Positions 9,037 through 20,194 of a DNA stretch of 64,000 bases are shown one piece after another. The notes beneath the pieces are model-generated. The model saw nothing but the letters and a program-made list of their open reading frames with translations, did not search any database and was not told the origin of the DNA. The stretch is from a virus. Its lineage: Duplodnaviria; Caudoviricetes. The stretch lies in the IMG/VR virus record IMGVR_UViG_2893967813_000002, positions 1 to 64,000 of that record; one strand, written 5' to 3'. Numbering within the stretch: position 1 is the stretch's first letter; each line of letters starts with the position of its first letter. The translations under genes and the position numbers were made by a program.

Positions 9037-9990
9037 ATGAGCAATGCAATTTCATTAGCGAAAGAATTGCAGTCAATGAAAGCCATTGATGTGATACGCA
9101 ACGAACGTGTGCGGAGTCAGTTCATCAGCGTGTACAACTCCATTTGGAAAGAAGGAGGCGAACAGGTGTATGAACGTGAAGCTATTTATTTTAATCAACA
9201 GTTGCGTGACAAACAGAACCTCCGTGAGTGTTCCGGCACATCCATCTTCTATGCCTTTATAGACCTTGCTGTTAAGGGGCTGACACTTGCAACGGGCGCA
9301 CAGGCTCTTTGCTACCTCATCCCTCGTTCTGTCAAGGTCGGCACAGACCAAAGCGGAAAGGATATATGGGAGAAAGTTTGCAACCTCACCATTTCAGGGT
9401 ATGGAGAGTTGGTACTTCGTAAGAATGCCGGGCAGATACGACATGCGGATAATCCGGTAATTGTGTACGAGGGTGACACCTTTCAATATGGCGAACAAAA
9501 TGGTCAAAAGATTGTGAACTACATGTCGGCTTTTCCTCGCAGGTCAAACAAGATTATCGCCTGTTTCCTGAAGATTACACGTGCTGACGGAACTATAGAC
9601 TATTCTGTGATGACGGAGCAGGATTGGATGCGTCTTAAAGGCTATTCCGACAAGCAGAACACCTACTACGATTCAAAAAAAGGTCAGTACGTAACTAAAT
9701 CCAATGAACTTTACAGTAAGGATGGACAGATTGATACGGGCTTCTTGATGGCAAAATGCGTAAAACACGCTTTCAAGACCTATCCGAAACTTAATATCGG
9801 ACGTGGTACTTCGCTTGAAACAGAAATTATCGAGCAACAAACTACCGATTTTGACCCATACGGAGGAGTGGAAGCCAATGGACAATCTGAACAACAAGAA
9901 CAGCACTTTGCACCGGCACCGGATATGTCTGCAGGAGTAACCATCGACCCTGCACAGCAATCAGATAACGATGGTGATGATACTTTCTAA
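9037..9990 (+). CDS. RecT-family ssDNA annealing protein
   Basis: CYLIPR, SGYGELVLR, IVYEGDTF and MAKCVKHAFK motifs; acidic tail. Confidence 0.7.
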   Translation: MSNAISLAKELQSMKAIDVIRNERVRSQFISVYNSIWKEGGEQVYEREAIYFNQQLRDKQNLRECSGTSIFYAFIDLAVKGLTLATGAQALCYLIPRSVKVGTDQSGKDIWEKVCNLTISGYGELVLRKNAGQIRHADNPVIVYEGDTFQYGEQNGQKIVNYMSAFPRRSNKIIACFLKITRADGTIDYSVMTEQDWMRLKGYSDKQNTYYDSKKGQYVTKSNELYSKDGQIDTGFLMAKCVKHAFKTYPKLNIGRGTSLETEIIEQQTTDFDPYGGVEANGQSEQQEQHFAPAPDMSAGVTIDPAQQSDNDGDDTF

Positions 9991-10002
9991 ACCTCTACCA
10001 CT

Positions 10003-11216
10003 ATGTCACAGGAAACAACATTCGGCGAAAGCAATTGGCAATCATAAAGCAGGAGAACATTCAGACCATCGTATCTGCTGCTCCCCAATCATATCAAGAC
10101 AACAAACTCTCTCGTGACAATTGTACGAGAGCGGGACAAGTCCTCCTTGAAACAATACAGGCACAGGGCATGACAGACGAACTCGACCAACAGGCGGCGG
10201 TTTTCATTGAGAAAGCACGTAAGACTGTCCGCAAGATGAACGAACGCCGTTCACCTGTAACCAAACTCTTTGACGATATACGCCGTGAGTTCACGGTAAT
10301 GGAGAATGCCATAGACCCGACTAAAGTCGATACGATTCCATTCAAGTTGCAGCAGCTCCGCAACCAGTATGCAGCAAAGAAACGTGCTGAAGAGGAAGAA
10401 CGCCGCCGCAAAGAATATGAACGCCAACAGGCGGAAGCGGCCCGTACCAAAATGAAGCAGGACATTGAGGATGATTTCAATGCGCAATTCACGGCATTCC
10501 TCAATCAGACAATCAACTGGCTCAGCCAGCAGGACAATAGCGTGACACTCAATAACTATCAGACAGTGTACGATTCGGTAAAGGACTATGCTACAGAATT
10601 ACCTGCGGATTGGCTGTTCAATCTTCACACACTTATCCGCATTCCAGCCGGAGTGTCGGTAGATGAGCTGCGCAAGGTGGAGATTGAAACGAAAGAACGT
10701 CTTGCCAAGAAATTCAAGGAAATGTATTCATGCGAAGTACAGGACAACAAGGATTTCATATTGGACCGCTTGCCGTCTAAAAAGGCAAATCTTGAGCGTA
10801 TCGCGCAATCTAATGCCGCCGAAGCTGCACGTATCAAGGCGGAAATGGAAGCTCGTCAGCGCAAGGAGGCAGAAGAAAAGGAAGCCGAACGCAAACGCAA
10901 GGAAGAGGAAGAAAAGCAAAAAACTGAAATGGCACGTCAGCAGTCCGAAATGGAAACACTGTTCGGTCAGCAATCCGTCATGCAGCAAGGCTATCAGCCC
11001 AAAGTTAAAGTTGCTCAAAAAATCAATCTTCTCAACTCTGAAGGCATTTTGCCGATACTCTCCATGTGGTGGAGCAAGGAGGGATGTCAACTTTCAGTGG
11101 ATGAACTCTCCAAGATGTTCAAGAAGCAGATTGCATTCTGTGAGAAACTTGCCAAAGAGGGCGTGTTCATCAGTGATGAGAGTGTAGAGTATGTAGAAGA
11201 TGTAAAAGCCAAGTAA
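10003..11216 (+). CDS. Coiled-coil hypothetical protein (frameshift near 10030)
   Basis: ATG at 10003 joins ORF 10035..11216 with one base added; long E/K/R-rich helices. Confidence 0.6.
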
Positions 11217-11218
11217 TC

Positions 11219-11539
11219 ATGTACGAAAGCGGATACTACCCACCCGGAGCAGAATATGACCCGCGTGCCCCGTGGAACGAGAAAGAACCTAATATGGTTA
11301 AGTGTGAAGCCTGTAACGGCAAAGGTTATCATTGGTATGCCTATAATATTGAAACAGACAAGGAAACAGAATGCACTGAAGAAGCGTGGCTTTGTCTGCC
11401 CGAAGCAGAAGAAGTGGCCGAAGCCAAGAGACAACACTATTGCCGGGGCGAAAAAGAAGCCTGTGAAGTGTGCGGTGGTATCGGTGAAATTGAATACGAA
11501 GAAGACTACGAACCCGATTACGATGACTATTATGAGTAA
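11219..11539 (+). CDS. Small acidic protein with two CxxCxGxG zinc-finger motifs
   Basis: CEACNGKG and CEVCGGIG. Confidence 0.6.
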   Translation: MYESGYYPPGAEYDPRAPWNEKEPNMVKCEACNGKGYHWYAYNIETDKETECTEEAWLCLPEAEEVAEAKRQHYCRGEKEACEVCGGIGEIEYEEDYEPDYDDYYE

Positions 11540-12188
11540 CCCGGATACATATTACAGCAGAAGTGAGGTCAGCAACTCTGACCTCACTGAACTGAAAAAC
11601 ATTCTGCACCCACGTATGCAATACGGAGATAAAGAGGCGGCATTTCGTTTTGGTTCTCTGGTTGATGCGATTATTACGGAACCGGCTCGGGTGGACTATT
11701 ATCACCTTACGGTAGATGATGTGCAATATACTGATGACGAGTTCCGCCATGCACTGGAAATGCAGAAATCCATCCGTATGGAGGCGCGTAAAGATGCATT
11801 TCTCGCCAAAGTTCTGGAATGTGCTGAAACGCAACGGTTCATGGTCAACAGGTCGCAACCATTCACATATTGCGATTTTCCGTTCTCGCTTGATACCCGA
11901 TGCAAATGGGATTGGTGGCTCGGTTCGTTTGGTGGAGACCTCAAAACCACATTTGCCTCTACAGAGCAGCAGTTCGTGGAAGCGGTTGATTTCTTCGATT
12001 GGGATAGAAGCCGTGCCTGGTATATGGACATCGCTCATTCCGACCATGATTTCATCTACGCCATCAGTAAGAAAAACTGCCGTGTGTTTAAGAAATTCAT
12101 CAACCGTGACGATGAGATTTACAGGCGTGGACGAGAGAAATATGAAGAACTGGCATTCCAGTTTTGGTGTCTAACCCCTCAAACTTAA
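11532..12188 (+). CDS. PD-(D/E)XK exonuclease-like protein (RecE-type partner of RecT)
   Basis: VSNSDL, FGSLVDA, RCKWDW, GDLKTT motifs; start MSNPDTYY overlaps the previous stop. Confidence 0.7.
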   Translation: MSNPDTYYSRSEVSNSDLTELKNILHPRMQYGDKEAAFRFGSLVDAIITEPARVDYYHLTVDDVQYTDDEFRHALEMQKSIRMEARKDAFLAKVLECAETQRFMVNRSQPFTYCDFPFSLDTRCKWDWWLGSFGGDLKTTFASTEQQFVEAVDFFDWDRSRAWYMDIAHSDHDFIYAISKKNCRVFKKFINRDDEIYRRGREKYEELAFQFWCLTPQT

Positions 12189-12192
12189 ACCT

Positions 12193-12630
12193 ATGGATAT
12201 ATTTTGCAAAGTAACCCCTTGCGGTCTTGTGCCGCTCCATGACAGCGACCTTGATTTGAAGAAACGGCTTCGTGTCGGTTCTGTTGTCAGGTGCAAAGTG
12301 AGTAATCCTCGCAACTACGAGCATCATAAAAAGTTCTTTGCGCTGGTCCGGCTCACGTTCGACAATCTTCCGCTCCCTTTGGTTGAAAAATGGAACATCC
12401 GCAACGAATACGATATGCTGCGCCGGTTCAAACGTGATTTGGGATATTTCACCAATACAATCAACGAATACGGAGAGCATGAGATAGAATACCTCTCAAT
12501 TTCTTTTGCCGCTATGGAGCAACACGAATTTGAACAGTTCTACAATCAGTGCATCGACCTCGTGCTGTTCAAGTACATAAAAGGAATAGACAAACAGGAT
12601 TTAATAACAGAGATAGAGAACTTTAAATAA
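12193..12630 (+). CDS. DUF1367/NinB-like phage protein
   Basis: PRNYEHHKKFFAL and SISFAAMEQHEFEQFY motifs. Confidence 0.55.
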   Translation: MDIFCKVTPCGLVPLHDSDLDLKKRLRVGSVVRCKVSNPRNYEHHKKFFALVRLTFDNLPLPLVEKWNIRNEYDMLRRFKRDLGYFTNTINEYGEHEIEYLSISFAAMEQHEFEQFYNQCIDLVLFKYIKGIDKQDLITEIENFK

Positions 12631-14066
12631 TGAGCAACATACTGAAACATAACCTCCGTGTCGAACCTTACGAGTATCAGCGTGAGGGAATCTGCTTCGG
12701 GTTGGAGCATAAGCGCATAATCATCGGCGATGAGCCGGGCTTGGGAAAGACATTGCAGTCTATTGGCATTGTCGATACTGCCAATGCTTATCCCTGCCTT
12801 GTCATTTGTCCGTCATCATTGAAAATCAATTGGCAGCGCGAGTTTGAAAAGTTCACGGACAAGTCAGCCATTGTGCTTGATAACAACGTGCGTACCACTT
12901 GGGGCTATCTTCTCTCAATGGGAGTTCATCAGGTCGCCATAGTCAATTATGAAAGCCTGCGTAAGTTCTTTGTATGGGACATCCGAGGAGGAAAGCAGTT
13001 TCGGTTGAAGGATGTTGTTTTCAATCCGCAGATACAGGCGTTCAAGTCCATAATCATAGATGAAAGCCATCGTGTCAAAGACCCGTCAGCACAACAGACA
13101 ATCTTCACAAAAGGGTTGTCCGTAGGTAAGGACTGGTGCATTCTCCTGTCAGGTACTCCTGTGGTTAACCGTCCCGAAGATTTAATCGCGCAGTTGTCCA
13201 TCATGAACCGTTTGGGCGAGTTTGGTGGGCGTGCCAAGTTCATTGCTGATTATTGTACCGACCCTAAAGACAAGACTGCCGAACCTGCTGTTCCTCTTTC
13301 CGAACTGTCAAGACAGTTATACGATACATGTATGATACGCAGAGAGAAAGCAAAAGTGCTTCCCCAATTGCCTGACAAGACAAGGGTTGATTTGTATGTA
13401 GATATTTCAAATGACAAGGAATATAATCTTGCAGCCGAAGACCTTGCCGCTTACTTGCAGGAATACACAGAATGTACAGATTGGGAGATACGCCGCAAAA
13501 TGCGCATGGAGGCTCTTGTCAAGTTTATGACTTTGCGCTCCTTGGCTACAAGGGGAAAGATAGCACAGGCGGTTGATTTTATCCGAACATTCCTTGACAG
13601 CGGAAAGAAACTCATTGTATTCTGTTCGCTTCACGAGATTGTGGATGAATTGCAAAAGGTATTCCCCCGTGCCGTCACGGTTACAGGGCGTGACAGCGCA
13701 GTAAGCAAACAGGCTTCGGTAGACGCTTTTCAGAACAACCCCAATGTGCAGCTCATCATCTGTTCCATCAAAGCTGCCGGTGTCGGACTTACGCTGACAG
13801 CAGCGTCCGATGTGGCGTTCATCGAACTGGCTTGGACGTATGCCGATTGCTGTCAATGCGAAGACCGTGCTCACCGTATCGGGCAGAAAGACAATGTAAC
13901 CTGTTACTATCTGCTTGGTCGTGGCACTATCGACCATACGATATACCGCCTCATCCATCGCAAAAAATCCATTGCCAACGAGATTATGAATGCTGACGAT
14001 GAAATACCAACCGATGAAATGTATTTCAATGAGTTGGTAAAATCATTCTTAAACACTTCGGGGTGA
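12630..14066 (+). CDS. SNF2-family (HARP-like) helicase
   Basis: GDEPGLGKT, IIDESH, LSGTPVVN, QCEDRAHRIGQ. Confidence 0.9.
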   Translation: MSNILKHNLRVEPYEYQREGICFGLEHKRIIIGDEPGLGKTLQSIGIVDTANAYPCLVICPSSLKINWQREFEKFTDKSAIVLDNNVRTTWGYLLSMGVHQVAIVNYESLRKFFVWDIRGGKQFRLKDVVFNPQIQAFKSIIIDESHRVKDPSAQQTIFTKGLSVGKDWCILLSGTPVVNRPEDLIAQLSIMNRLGEFGGRAKFIADYCTDPKDKTAEPAVPLSELSRQLYDTCMIRREKAKVLPQLPDKTRVDLYVDISNDKEYNLAAEDLAAYLQEYTECTDWEIRRKMRMEALVKFMTLRSLATRGKIAQAVDFIRTFLDSGKKLIVFCSLHEIVDELQKVFPRAVTVTGRDSAVSKQASVDAFQNNPNVQLIICSIKAAGVGLTLTAASDVAFIELAWTYADCCQCEDRAHRIGQKDNVTCYYLLGRGTIDHTIYRLIHRKKSIANEIMNADDEIPTDEMYFNELVKSFLNTSG

Positions 14067-14236
14067 TGGGGATTTGTAAAACAGATATGCAGAAGATTAT
14101 CAAGTATCTCGATGACGCTGCAAAGGTATATGACAGCCTGCCCGGACAACGAAATAACTGCCGAGCGTGGGTTATTAGACAAATGATAAAGAAGTTAGAA
14201 AAGAAATTATTCACCTTTAATCAAAAAGAAAAATGA
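14066..14236 (+). CDS. Hypothetical 56-aa protein (not in ORF track)
   Basis: Start overlaps the helicase stop (TGATG) and stop overlaps the HU start. Confidence 0.5.
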   Translation: MGICKTDMQKIIKYLDDAAKVYDSLPGQRNNCRAWVIRQMIKKLEKKLFTFNQKEK

Positions 14237-14511
14237 TAAAGACTGACATCGTTGATTACGTAATCAACAACACGACTTTAAGTCGTTCACAGGCAATTAA
14301 CGCTACCGACAGCGTGATAGAGGCTATAAGCCATTCGCTCATTAAGGGCGAAAGTGTGTTTATCCGTGGTTTTGCTACCATCAAGGCGGTTATTACAGCC
14401 CCTAAAAAGGCTCGTAATATCAACAAAGGAACGGCTGTTACTATTCCGGCACAACATTCCGCCAAACTTGTGTTAAGCAAAGAATTAAAAGAACGTATGA
14501 ATAAAAAATAA
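14233..14511 (+). CDS. HU/IHF-family DNA-binding protein
   Basis: VFIRGFATIK...KKARNINKG...IPAQ signature. Confidence 0.85.
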   Translation: MIKTDIVDYVINNTTLSRSQAINATDSVIEAISHSLIKGESVFIRGFATIKAVITAPKKARNINKGTAVTIPAQHSAKLVLSKELKERMNKK

Positions 14512-14519
14512 TTAGTAGT

Positions 14520-15366
14520 ATGGTAGAAACAAGAAAGAATGAAATACGCTACGTAACTTCCGACCCATCAAAAATGCTGAATAAATACCTTGCCAAACGA
14601 GTTATTAAGACATGGGAGGAGTCTTTTATTGACGAAGGCACTGGCGAAACAGTCAATATTGAACGGAATGAAGTATTGTTTGAGCGTGGCACACTCATAG
14701 ACCAGGATATTCTTGCGAAAATACGTTTCAGTATGGAAGCTGACGGTATCAAGGAAGTGGAGGTCAGCAATCAGAACAGATTGGCTTTTGAACTTGAAAA
14801 TAATTTTATGCATCCTTTTATATCTCAAGTTGAGATAGGAGACAAGAAACACAAATTCCTGTTATATGCAATATGTCTTTATAATGCACTTGATATATTA
14901 AAAGACTACATCGAATTGAATTACAAGAACGGATTCAGAATCATAATGGCAAAAGAATTTGATTCTTGTATTATCATTACTGATAACCTGAAAGAGTTTA
15001 CAGCCGATGATGCTTCCATTGCATATTTAAAAAATGAAATATCAATGGATGAATATGTTGAAAAAGTTGGTACTGAAGAGTGTGAGGAATCCAAGCCGGA
15101 AGACAATAAGTTCTACCAAATAGAAACGACCATCACTTTTGATGAAGAACAGCATGAACAAACATTCGTTGTACATACATTCAACGTTGATAGAGCTATG
15201 ATGCTTATTTCTCATTATCTCAAAGTTAAGGAGGATGAATGTGAAAAGAATGCTATCAAACGGGCATGTCTATAATAAAAGGGAAATCCATACAGCAATC
15301 GAAGCTGTAAAGGCTATTCCTGTGGGGCGTTTTATTCCACGTGAGTTTTCAATGGCATATATGTAA
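14520..15366 (+). CDS. Hypothetical acidic protein with RNA-polymerase-like TGETV..ERNEVL..RGT segment; frameshift near 15265
   Basis: ORF 14520..15275 continues as GHVYNKREIH...SMAYM* after a one-base correction. Confidence 0.55.
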
Positions 15367-15376
15367 AAATACAGCT

Positions 15377-15802
15377 ATGAAGAAAACAACTTTTGATGAA
15401 ATGATGTCCCGGATGAAAAAGGAATCCGGGCATCGTAAACGACCATCGGATGAAGAACATCGCATACAATGTACATGTGTACGGTGGTTTTCCCTCCAAT
15501 ATCCACAACTTGACGGCAGGCTGTTCGCTGTTCCCAACGGTGGCAGACGGGATGCCGTCACAGCTGCAAAACTCAGAGCAGAGGGTGTTGTGGCAGGGGT
15601 GGCAGACCTCATCCTGTTAAAGAGCAACCGTGATTACGGAGCATTGCTCATCGAAATGAAAACCATCAAAGGCAGACAGAGCGAGAGCCAAAAGAAATGG
15701 CAAAAAACTGTATGCTTCAATGAGGAATACAAATATGTGGTGTGTCGCTCCTTTGACGATTTCAAACGAGAGGTGGACGACTACTTAAAAAACGAATATT
15801 AA
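15377..15802 (+). CDS. VRR-NUC domain nuclease
   Basis: EHRIQ, AVPNGGRR, GVADL, IEMKTIKGRQSESQ. Confidence 0.85.
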   Translation: MKKTTFDEMMSRMKKESGHRKRPSDEEHRIQCTCVRWFSLQYPQLDGRLFAVPNGGRRDAVTAAKLRAEGVVAGVADLILLKSNRDYGALLIEMKTIKGRQSESQKKWQKTVCFNEEYKYVVCRSFDDFKREVDDYLKNEY

Positions 15803-15807
15803 TTGAT

Positions 15808-16610
15808 ATGTCGCCTATGGCACGGACTATAAAGAAAGGTCTTGACTATTTCCCGATGGACATAGATATATTCAACGACCTTAAAATAAGGAAACTAATC
15901 AAGTATCAAGGTGGAAAATCCATAACGGTATATGCTCTGCTGCTCTGTAATATCTACAAGAATGGGTATTATATGAAGTGGGATAAAGAGTTGCCTTTCA
16001 TTTGCTCGGAACTGACGGGATTTGAGGAGGCATATATATCGGAAGTAATCAAAACCTGCCTGACACTGGGGTTGTTTTCAAAAGGACTGTTCGATGCGGA
16101 TGGAGTGCTTACATCAAAAGGTATTCAAGAACGGTATAGTCGTATCTGTATTCAATGCCGCAGGGTATGCGACATTTCTGATTATTGTCTGCTTGAATCG
16201 AAAGTGAAAAAGACTCTAAGCAGCAAGGCAAAACAACAGAAACCGAAGAATACTGCTACTGCCCAACAAGACACACAGCCCCATTATGAACCTTATTCAC
16301 TCACGCTTGACCAGGAAATTGAAGAACTGAAAGGCGATGAATGTTGGCTTGACCAATTACAGGTCATTCATCGCATGGAAATTTCTTTGCTTCGCAACAG
16401 ATTGGATGATTTTCGGGTGCAATGTCTGGCGGACGGCAAAGAGAGAGGACACCAATCATTGCAAGATGCCAAACAGCATTTCAATTCATGGTTACGAATA
16501 GTGAATAAAAACAAGACGAAAGATGATAAAGATAGAAGCACAGGACGAAATCAGCGTAGAGGCAATGTTCTCTCGCTGATGAGCAGAAAACGTACGGCGA
16601 CTCGTTTTAG
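15808..16610 (+). CDS. DUF4373-type replication initiator (true stop inferred at 16610)
   Basis: KKGLDYFPMD...LLCNIYK.GYY...LTSKGIQERY; one base added near 16575 gives ...VLSADEQKTYGDSF*. Confidence 0.65.
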
Positions 16611-17256
16611 ACTGCCATATACCGCCAAACAGGTTTATGCAATGCTCTATGCAGCTTGTCAAGTGGAGGTTGTTAATAGGCATCGGGAGTTCGTTGTTAC
16701 TGACGAATACAAGAAACATCTTTGGGACATTTCCCAATGGCTGACATCAAAAGATTCAACATTCGGATTGTTCCTTTGCGGTGGAGCCGGTAATGGAAAG
16801 ACAACCATTCTCCGTGCCTTGCAAAATCTCACAAACTACTTGCGTAGCGATGAGTCATATACCAGTAGGCAGGATGATTATCCCACACGTGGCTATACCT
16901 TCATCACTGCGAAAGACCTTGTACTGCTTGCCAAGGCATACAACAATCCCACTCGTGAGAACGAGAGTGAGGTGTACCGGTACAAAAAATTACGCAGCAT
17001 TGAGATACTGGCGATTGACGACCTTGGTCAAGAACCCAAGGAGAGCATTCACTATGGCGACTTCGTTACGGCGGCCATGGATATTATCTCTTTTCGTTAT
17101 GAGGAACAATTCTGCACTTTGGTGTCATCCAATCTTTCTGCTACCGAGATTGCTACTTATTACGATGAACGTATTGCCGACCGCTTTCGTGAAATGATGC
17201 ATATCATCAATTTCAGTACGGAGCAATCATTCAGGAAATTAAAATCAAACAAATAG
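16523..17256 (+). CDS. DnaC/IstB-like AAA+ helicase loader
   Basis: Walker A GGAGNGKT, Walker B LAIDDLG, SSNL, YDERIADR. Confidence 0.8.
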
Positions 17257-17261
17257 GAACT

Positions 17262-17432
17262 ATGAACAAAGATTACAGTTACTGTTCGGGCGTTACCTGC
17301 CCCATCCGAAACGAGTGCAAAAGATATTTGCCCGACCCTCCTGATGTACCGCTATGGTGGATACCACCTGCCTACAAAGAGAATCTTAAACAGTGTCCTC
17401 ACTTTGAAAAGACTAATAGAAACAACAAATGA
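17262..17432 (+). CDS. Hypothetical 56-aa Cys-rich protein (not in ORF track)
   Basis: CSGVTCPIRNECKRY...QCPHF; stop overlaps the next start. Confidence 0.55.
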   Translation: MNKDYSYCSGVTCPIRNECKRYLPDPPDVPLWWIPPAYKENLKQCPHFEKTNRNNK

Positions 17433-17755
17433 AACGAGAAGATATAAAAAAAACGGCAACCAGTTATGCAAATGATGTTTGCAAAGGCTCGCGCTATAGA
17501 TGGGGTCTTGAACAGTATTGCATAGTTGATTTTATGGAGGGTGCGAAATGGCGCATCAGTAGCGTGTGGCATGATGGAGAAAAAAAGCCTAAACGTGGAG
17601 CGGAGGTCTTAATCATGTTGGATAATAATATAATCCTCAAAGCCAAATTCGAGGGATGGGGATATTCTTATTGCACAAACATAGAGTTTGACAACGTTCC
17701 TGAAATCACTCGCTGGGCATACGTAGAAGATTTACTACCTAATATGGAGGATTAA
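17429..17755 (+). CDS. Hypothetical phage protein
   Basis: In operon; ITRWAYVEDLLP ending. Confidence 0.6.
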   Translation: MKREDIKKTATSYANDVCKGSRYRWGLEQYCIVDFMEGAKWRISSVWHDGEKKPKRGAEVLIMLDNNIILKAKFEGWGYSYCTNIEFDNVPEITRWAYVEDLLPNMED

Positions 17756-17758
17756 ATC

Positions 17759-18064
17759 ATGAAACCAATATTAAATACTGAAGACATTAGGAAATTAAAG
17801 ATAGATGAACGCTTAATTGAATGTTCTTGTGGCAAAGTGAATTATTATAGATTCCTATGTTTCCATCCACGAAACACCAATTATGTAATTCTATTAAATC
17901 ATTGCGAAGAACCTGAAAGATTTTACGTTCAATGCCTTATAGACCGATTCTATATAGATTACACAACTCGTGATATAATTACTTATCGTAGAGATTATGC
18001 CCTTAAGAAACTCAAAGAGTTTGAACAAGCATTATCTGAATTAGGAGATAAAGCTGAGTTATGA
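17759..18064 (+). CDS. Hypothetical phage protein
   Basis: Tightly packed in operon. Confidence 0.6.
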   Translation: MKPILNTEDIRKLKIDERLIECSCGKVNYYRFLCFHPRNTNYVILLNHCEEPERFYVQCLIDRFYIDYTTRDIITYRRDYALKKLKEFEQALSELGDKAEL

Positions 18065-18067
18065 GAT

Positions 18068-18592
18068 ATGCACATAGAAATCAAGACAAGAACAATGGAA
18101 TTTAAATCACAGATATGTACCACACGTGAGCAGTCAAAAAGATTGCTCGCATTGGGACTAAAGCCGGGAACGGCAGATATGGTGTATCATTACACAAAGA
18201 GTAAAGTACCTGCATTGGAATGGGAGTTGAAAACTAATCCGCCTACATCAAGAGGTGAGTTTTGGACACCCCAAAGAATAGCAAAGTTAACATTTCCTTT
18301 TCATAAGCATCCAGATGGAACACCGATGACCGGTGAAGAGGTGTTTGATGAATTGTGGGGGAAGGATGTTCCTGCATGGAGTTTGTGTAGGCTGTTGGAG
18401 TTACTTCCGACCGAAATCAGAATAGGAACCAGTGAGAATGTTTTTAGCTTGCATCACGAAACAAGCGATGCTTGGTTACTCTCTTATCCCTATGTGAAAT
18501 CCTTTGAAACCGCATCACCTGTCGAATCTTGTGTATTGGCTATTGATTGGCTGATTGACAACGGACACTTTAATAAAGATTATTTATTATGA
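18068..18592 (+). CDS. Hypothetical phage protein
   Basis: QICTTREQSKRLLALG...PAWSL..LLELLP; stop overlaps the MTase start. Confidence 0.6.
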   Translation: MHIEIKTRTMEFKSQICTTREQSKRLLALGLKPGTADMVYHYTKSKVPALEWELKTNPPTSRGEFWTPQRIAKLTFPFHKHPDGTPMTGEEVFDELWGKDVPAWSLCRLLELLPTEIRIGTSENVFSLHHETSDAWLLSYPYVKSFETASPVESCVLAIDWLIDNGHFNKDYLL

Positions 18593-20193
18593 ACTTATTA
18601 TACATTGACTTGTTTTGTGGGGCAGGAGGAACATCTACGGGTGTCAATTCTGCACGAATATCTGGCGAACAATGTGCTACTGTTATTGCCTGTGTTAATC
18701 ACGACAAGAACGCTATTGCTTCACACGCCGCCAATCACCCCGAAGCGATGCACTTTACGGAGGATATTCGTACTCTCGAACTATCGCCACTTGTAAAGCA
18801 TCTGCAAAGCTGCCGCCGTCAGTATCCCGATGCATTGGTCGTTCTATGGGCATCGTTGGAGTGTACTAATTTCAGTAAGGCGAAGGGAGGTATGCCTCGT
18901 GATGCAGATAGTCGCACACTCGCAGAACACCTTTTCCGTTATATCGAGGCTATCAATCCCGATTACATTCAGATAGAGAATGTAGAGGAGTTTATGTCGT
19001 GGGGCGATGTGGACGAAAACGGCAAGCCTGTTTCAATGGATAAGGGCAAGAGTTACACACGTTGGGTACGCAATGTGAAGAAGTACGGTTATAACTTTGA
19101 TTTCCGCATACTCAATGCTGCCGATTATGGTGCGTACACCTCACGCAAACGCTTCTTTGGTATCTTTGCCAAGAAAGGTTTGCCTATCACGTTCCCCGAA
19201 GCCACCCACAGCAAGGAGGGTGCAACATCGCTATTTGGCTCGTTAGAAAAGTGGAGACCTGTACGTGAGTGCCTTGACTTTGATGATGAGGGAGATAGCA
19301 TCTTTGGACGTAAGAAACCGCTTGTTGAGGCTACATTGGAGCGTATATATGCTGGGTTGATAAAGTTTGTTGCAGGTGGCAAAGATGCGTTTCTTGTCAA
19401 GTACAATTCCGTTAATAAAAAGACAGGAAAGCATATACCTCCGTCCATTGATGAACCTTGCCCTACTGTTGCTACACAAAATCGCCTCGGATTGGCAAAG
19501 GTTACGTTCCTGTCAAAACAGTTCAGCGGCGACCCGATGAGCAAGAATGTGTCTGTTGATGCTCCTGCAGGAACAATTACCTGCAAAGACCACCACGCAT
19601 TTATATCAGCGTATTATGGTAATGGGCATAACCATTCTGTTGATGATGCTTCACCGACGCTAACAACAAAGGACCGCCTTTCGCTTATACAGACAGAACG
19701 GTTTATTGATATGCAGTACGGCAACGGCAAAGCCTCATCGTTGGAGGACCCTGCCAATACAGTAACTACAAATCCGAAGTTCAACCTTGTGTCTGTTAAG
19801 AGGCATTATCTTCTAAACCCACAATACAAGTCAGCAGGAGGCTCTGTCGATAAACCATGCTTCACGCTCATCGCTCGAATGGATAAAATGCCACCATATT
19901 TGATTGCTACGGAGAGTGGCGATGTAGATGTGATAGTGTATGACACCGACAGCCCAATGACGGCTAAAATAAAGGAATTTATGGCACTATACGGCATTAT
20001 AGACATAAAGATGCGTATGCTCAAAGTTCCCGAACTTAAAAAGATTATGGGATTCCCCGAAAATTATGTGTTGGTAGGGACACAAGCGGAGCAAAAGAAA
20101 TACATCGGCAATGCTGTTGAGGTTACTATCGCACGTCGTTGGTGTGAGTCCCTTTGTGCAAAGCTCAAAGAACATTTCAAAAAAGCCGCTTGA
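18589..20193 (+). CDS. DNA cytosine-5 methyltransferase
   Basis: Motif I DLFCGAGG, catalytic SLEC (variant of PC), motif VI ENV, TSRKR, motif X IGNAV. Confidence 0.9.
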   Translation: MNLLYIDLFCGAGGTSTGVNSARISGEQCATVIACVNHDKNAIASHAANHPEAMHFTEDIRTLELSPLVKHLQSCRRQYPDALVVLWASLECTNFSKAKGGMPRDADSRTLAEHLFRYIEAINPDYIQIENVEEFMSWGDVDENGKPVSMDKGKSYTRWVRNVKKYGYNFDFRILNAADYGAYTSRKRFFGIFAKKGLPITFPEATHSKEGATSLFGSLEKWRPVRECLDFDDEGDSIFGRKKPLVEATLERIYAGLIKFVAGGKDAFLVKYNSVNKKTGKHIPPSIDEPCPTVATQNRLGLAKVTFLSKQFSGDPMSKNVSVDAPAGTITCKDHHAFISAYYGNGHNHSVDDASPTLTTKDRLSLIQTERFIDMQYGNGKASSLEDPANTVTTNPKFNLVSVKRHYLLNPQYKSAGGSVDKPCFTLIARMDKMPPYLIATESGDVDVIVYDTDSPMTAKIKEFMALYGIIDIKMRMLKVPELKKIMGFPENYVLVGTQAEQKKYIGNAVEVTIARRWCESLCAKLKEHFKKAA

Positions 20194-20194
20194 T

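Noticed and set aside
11256-11531. N-terminal extensions of ORFs 11256..12188, 39178..39771, 39716..41230 and 30071..30439
   Set aside because: They overlap neighbouring genes, terminators or promoter boxes; downstream ATGs (11532, 39645, 41149, 30415) fit better
15808-17256. 482-aa fusion of replication initiator and DnaC-like ATPase
   Set aside because: One base added near 16575 gives two normal overlapping genes (stop 16610, start 16523); likely an indel artefact
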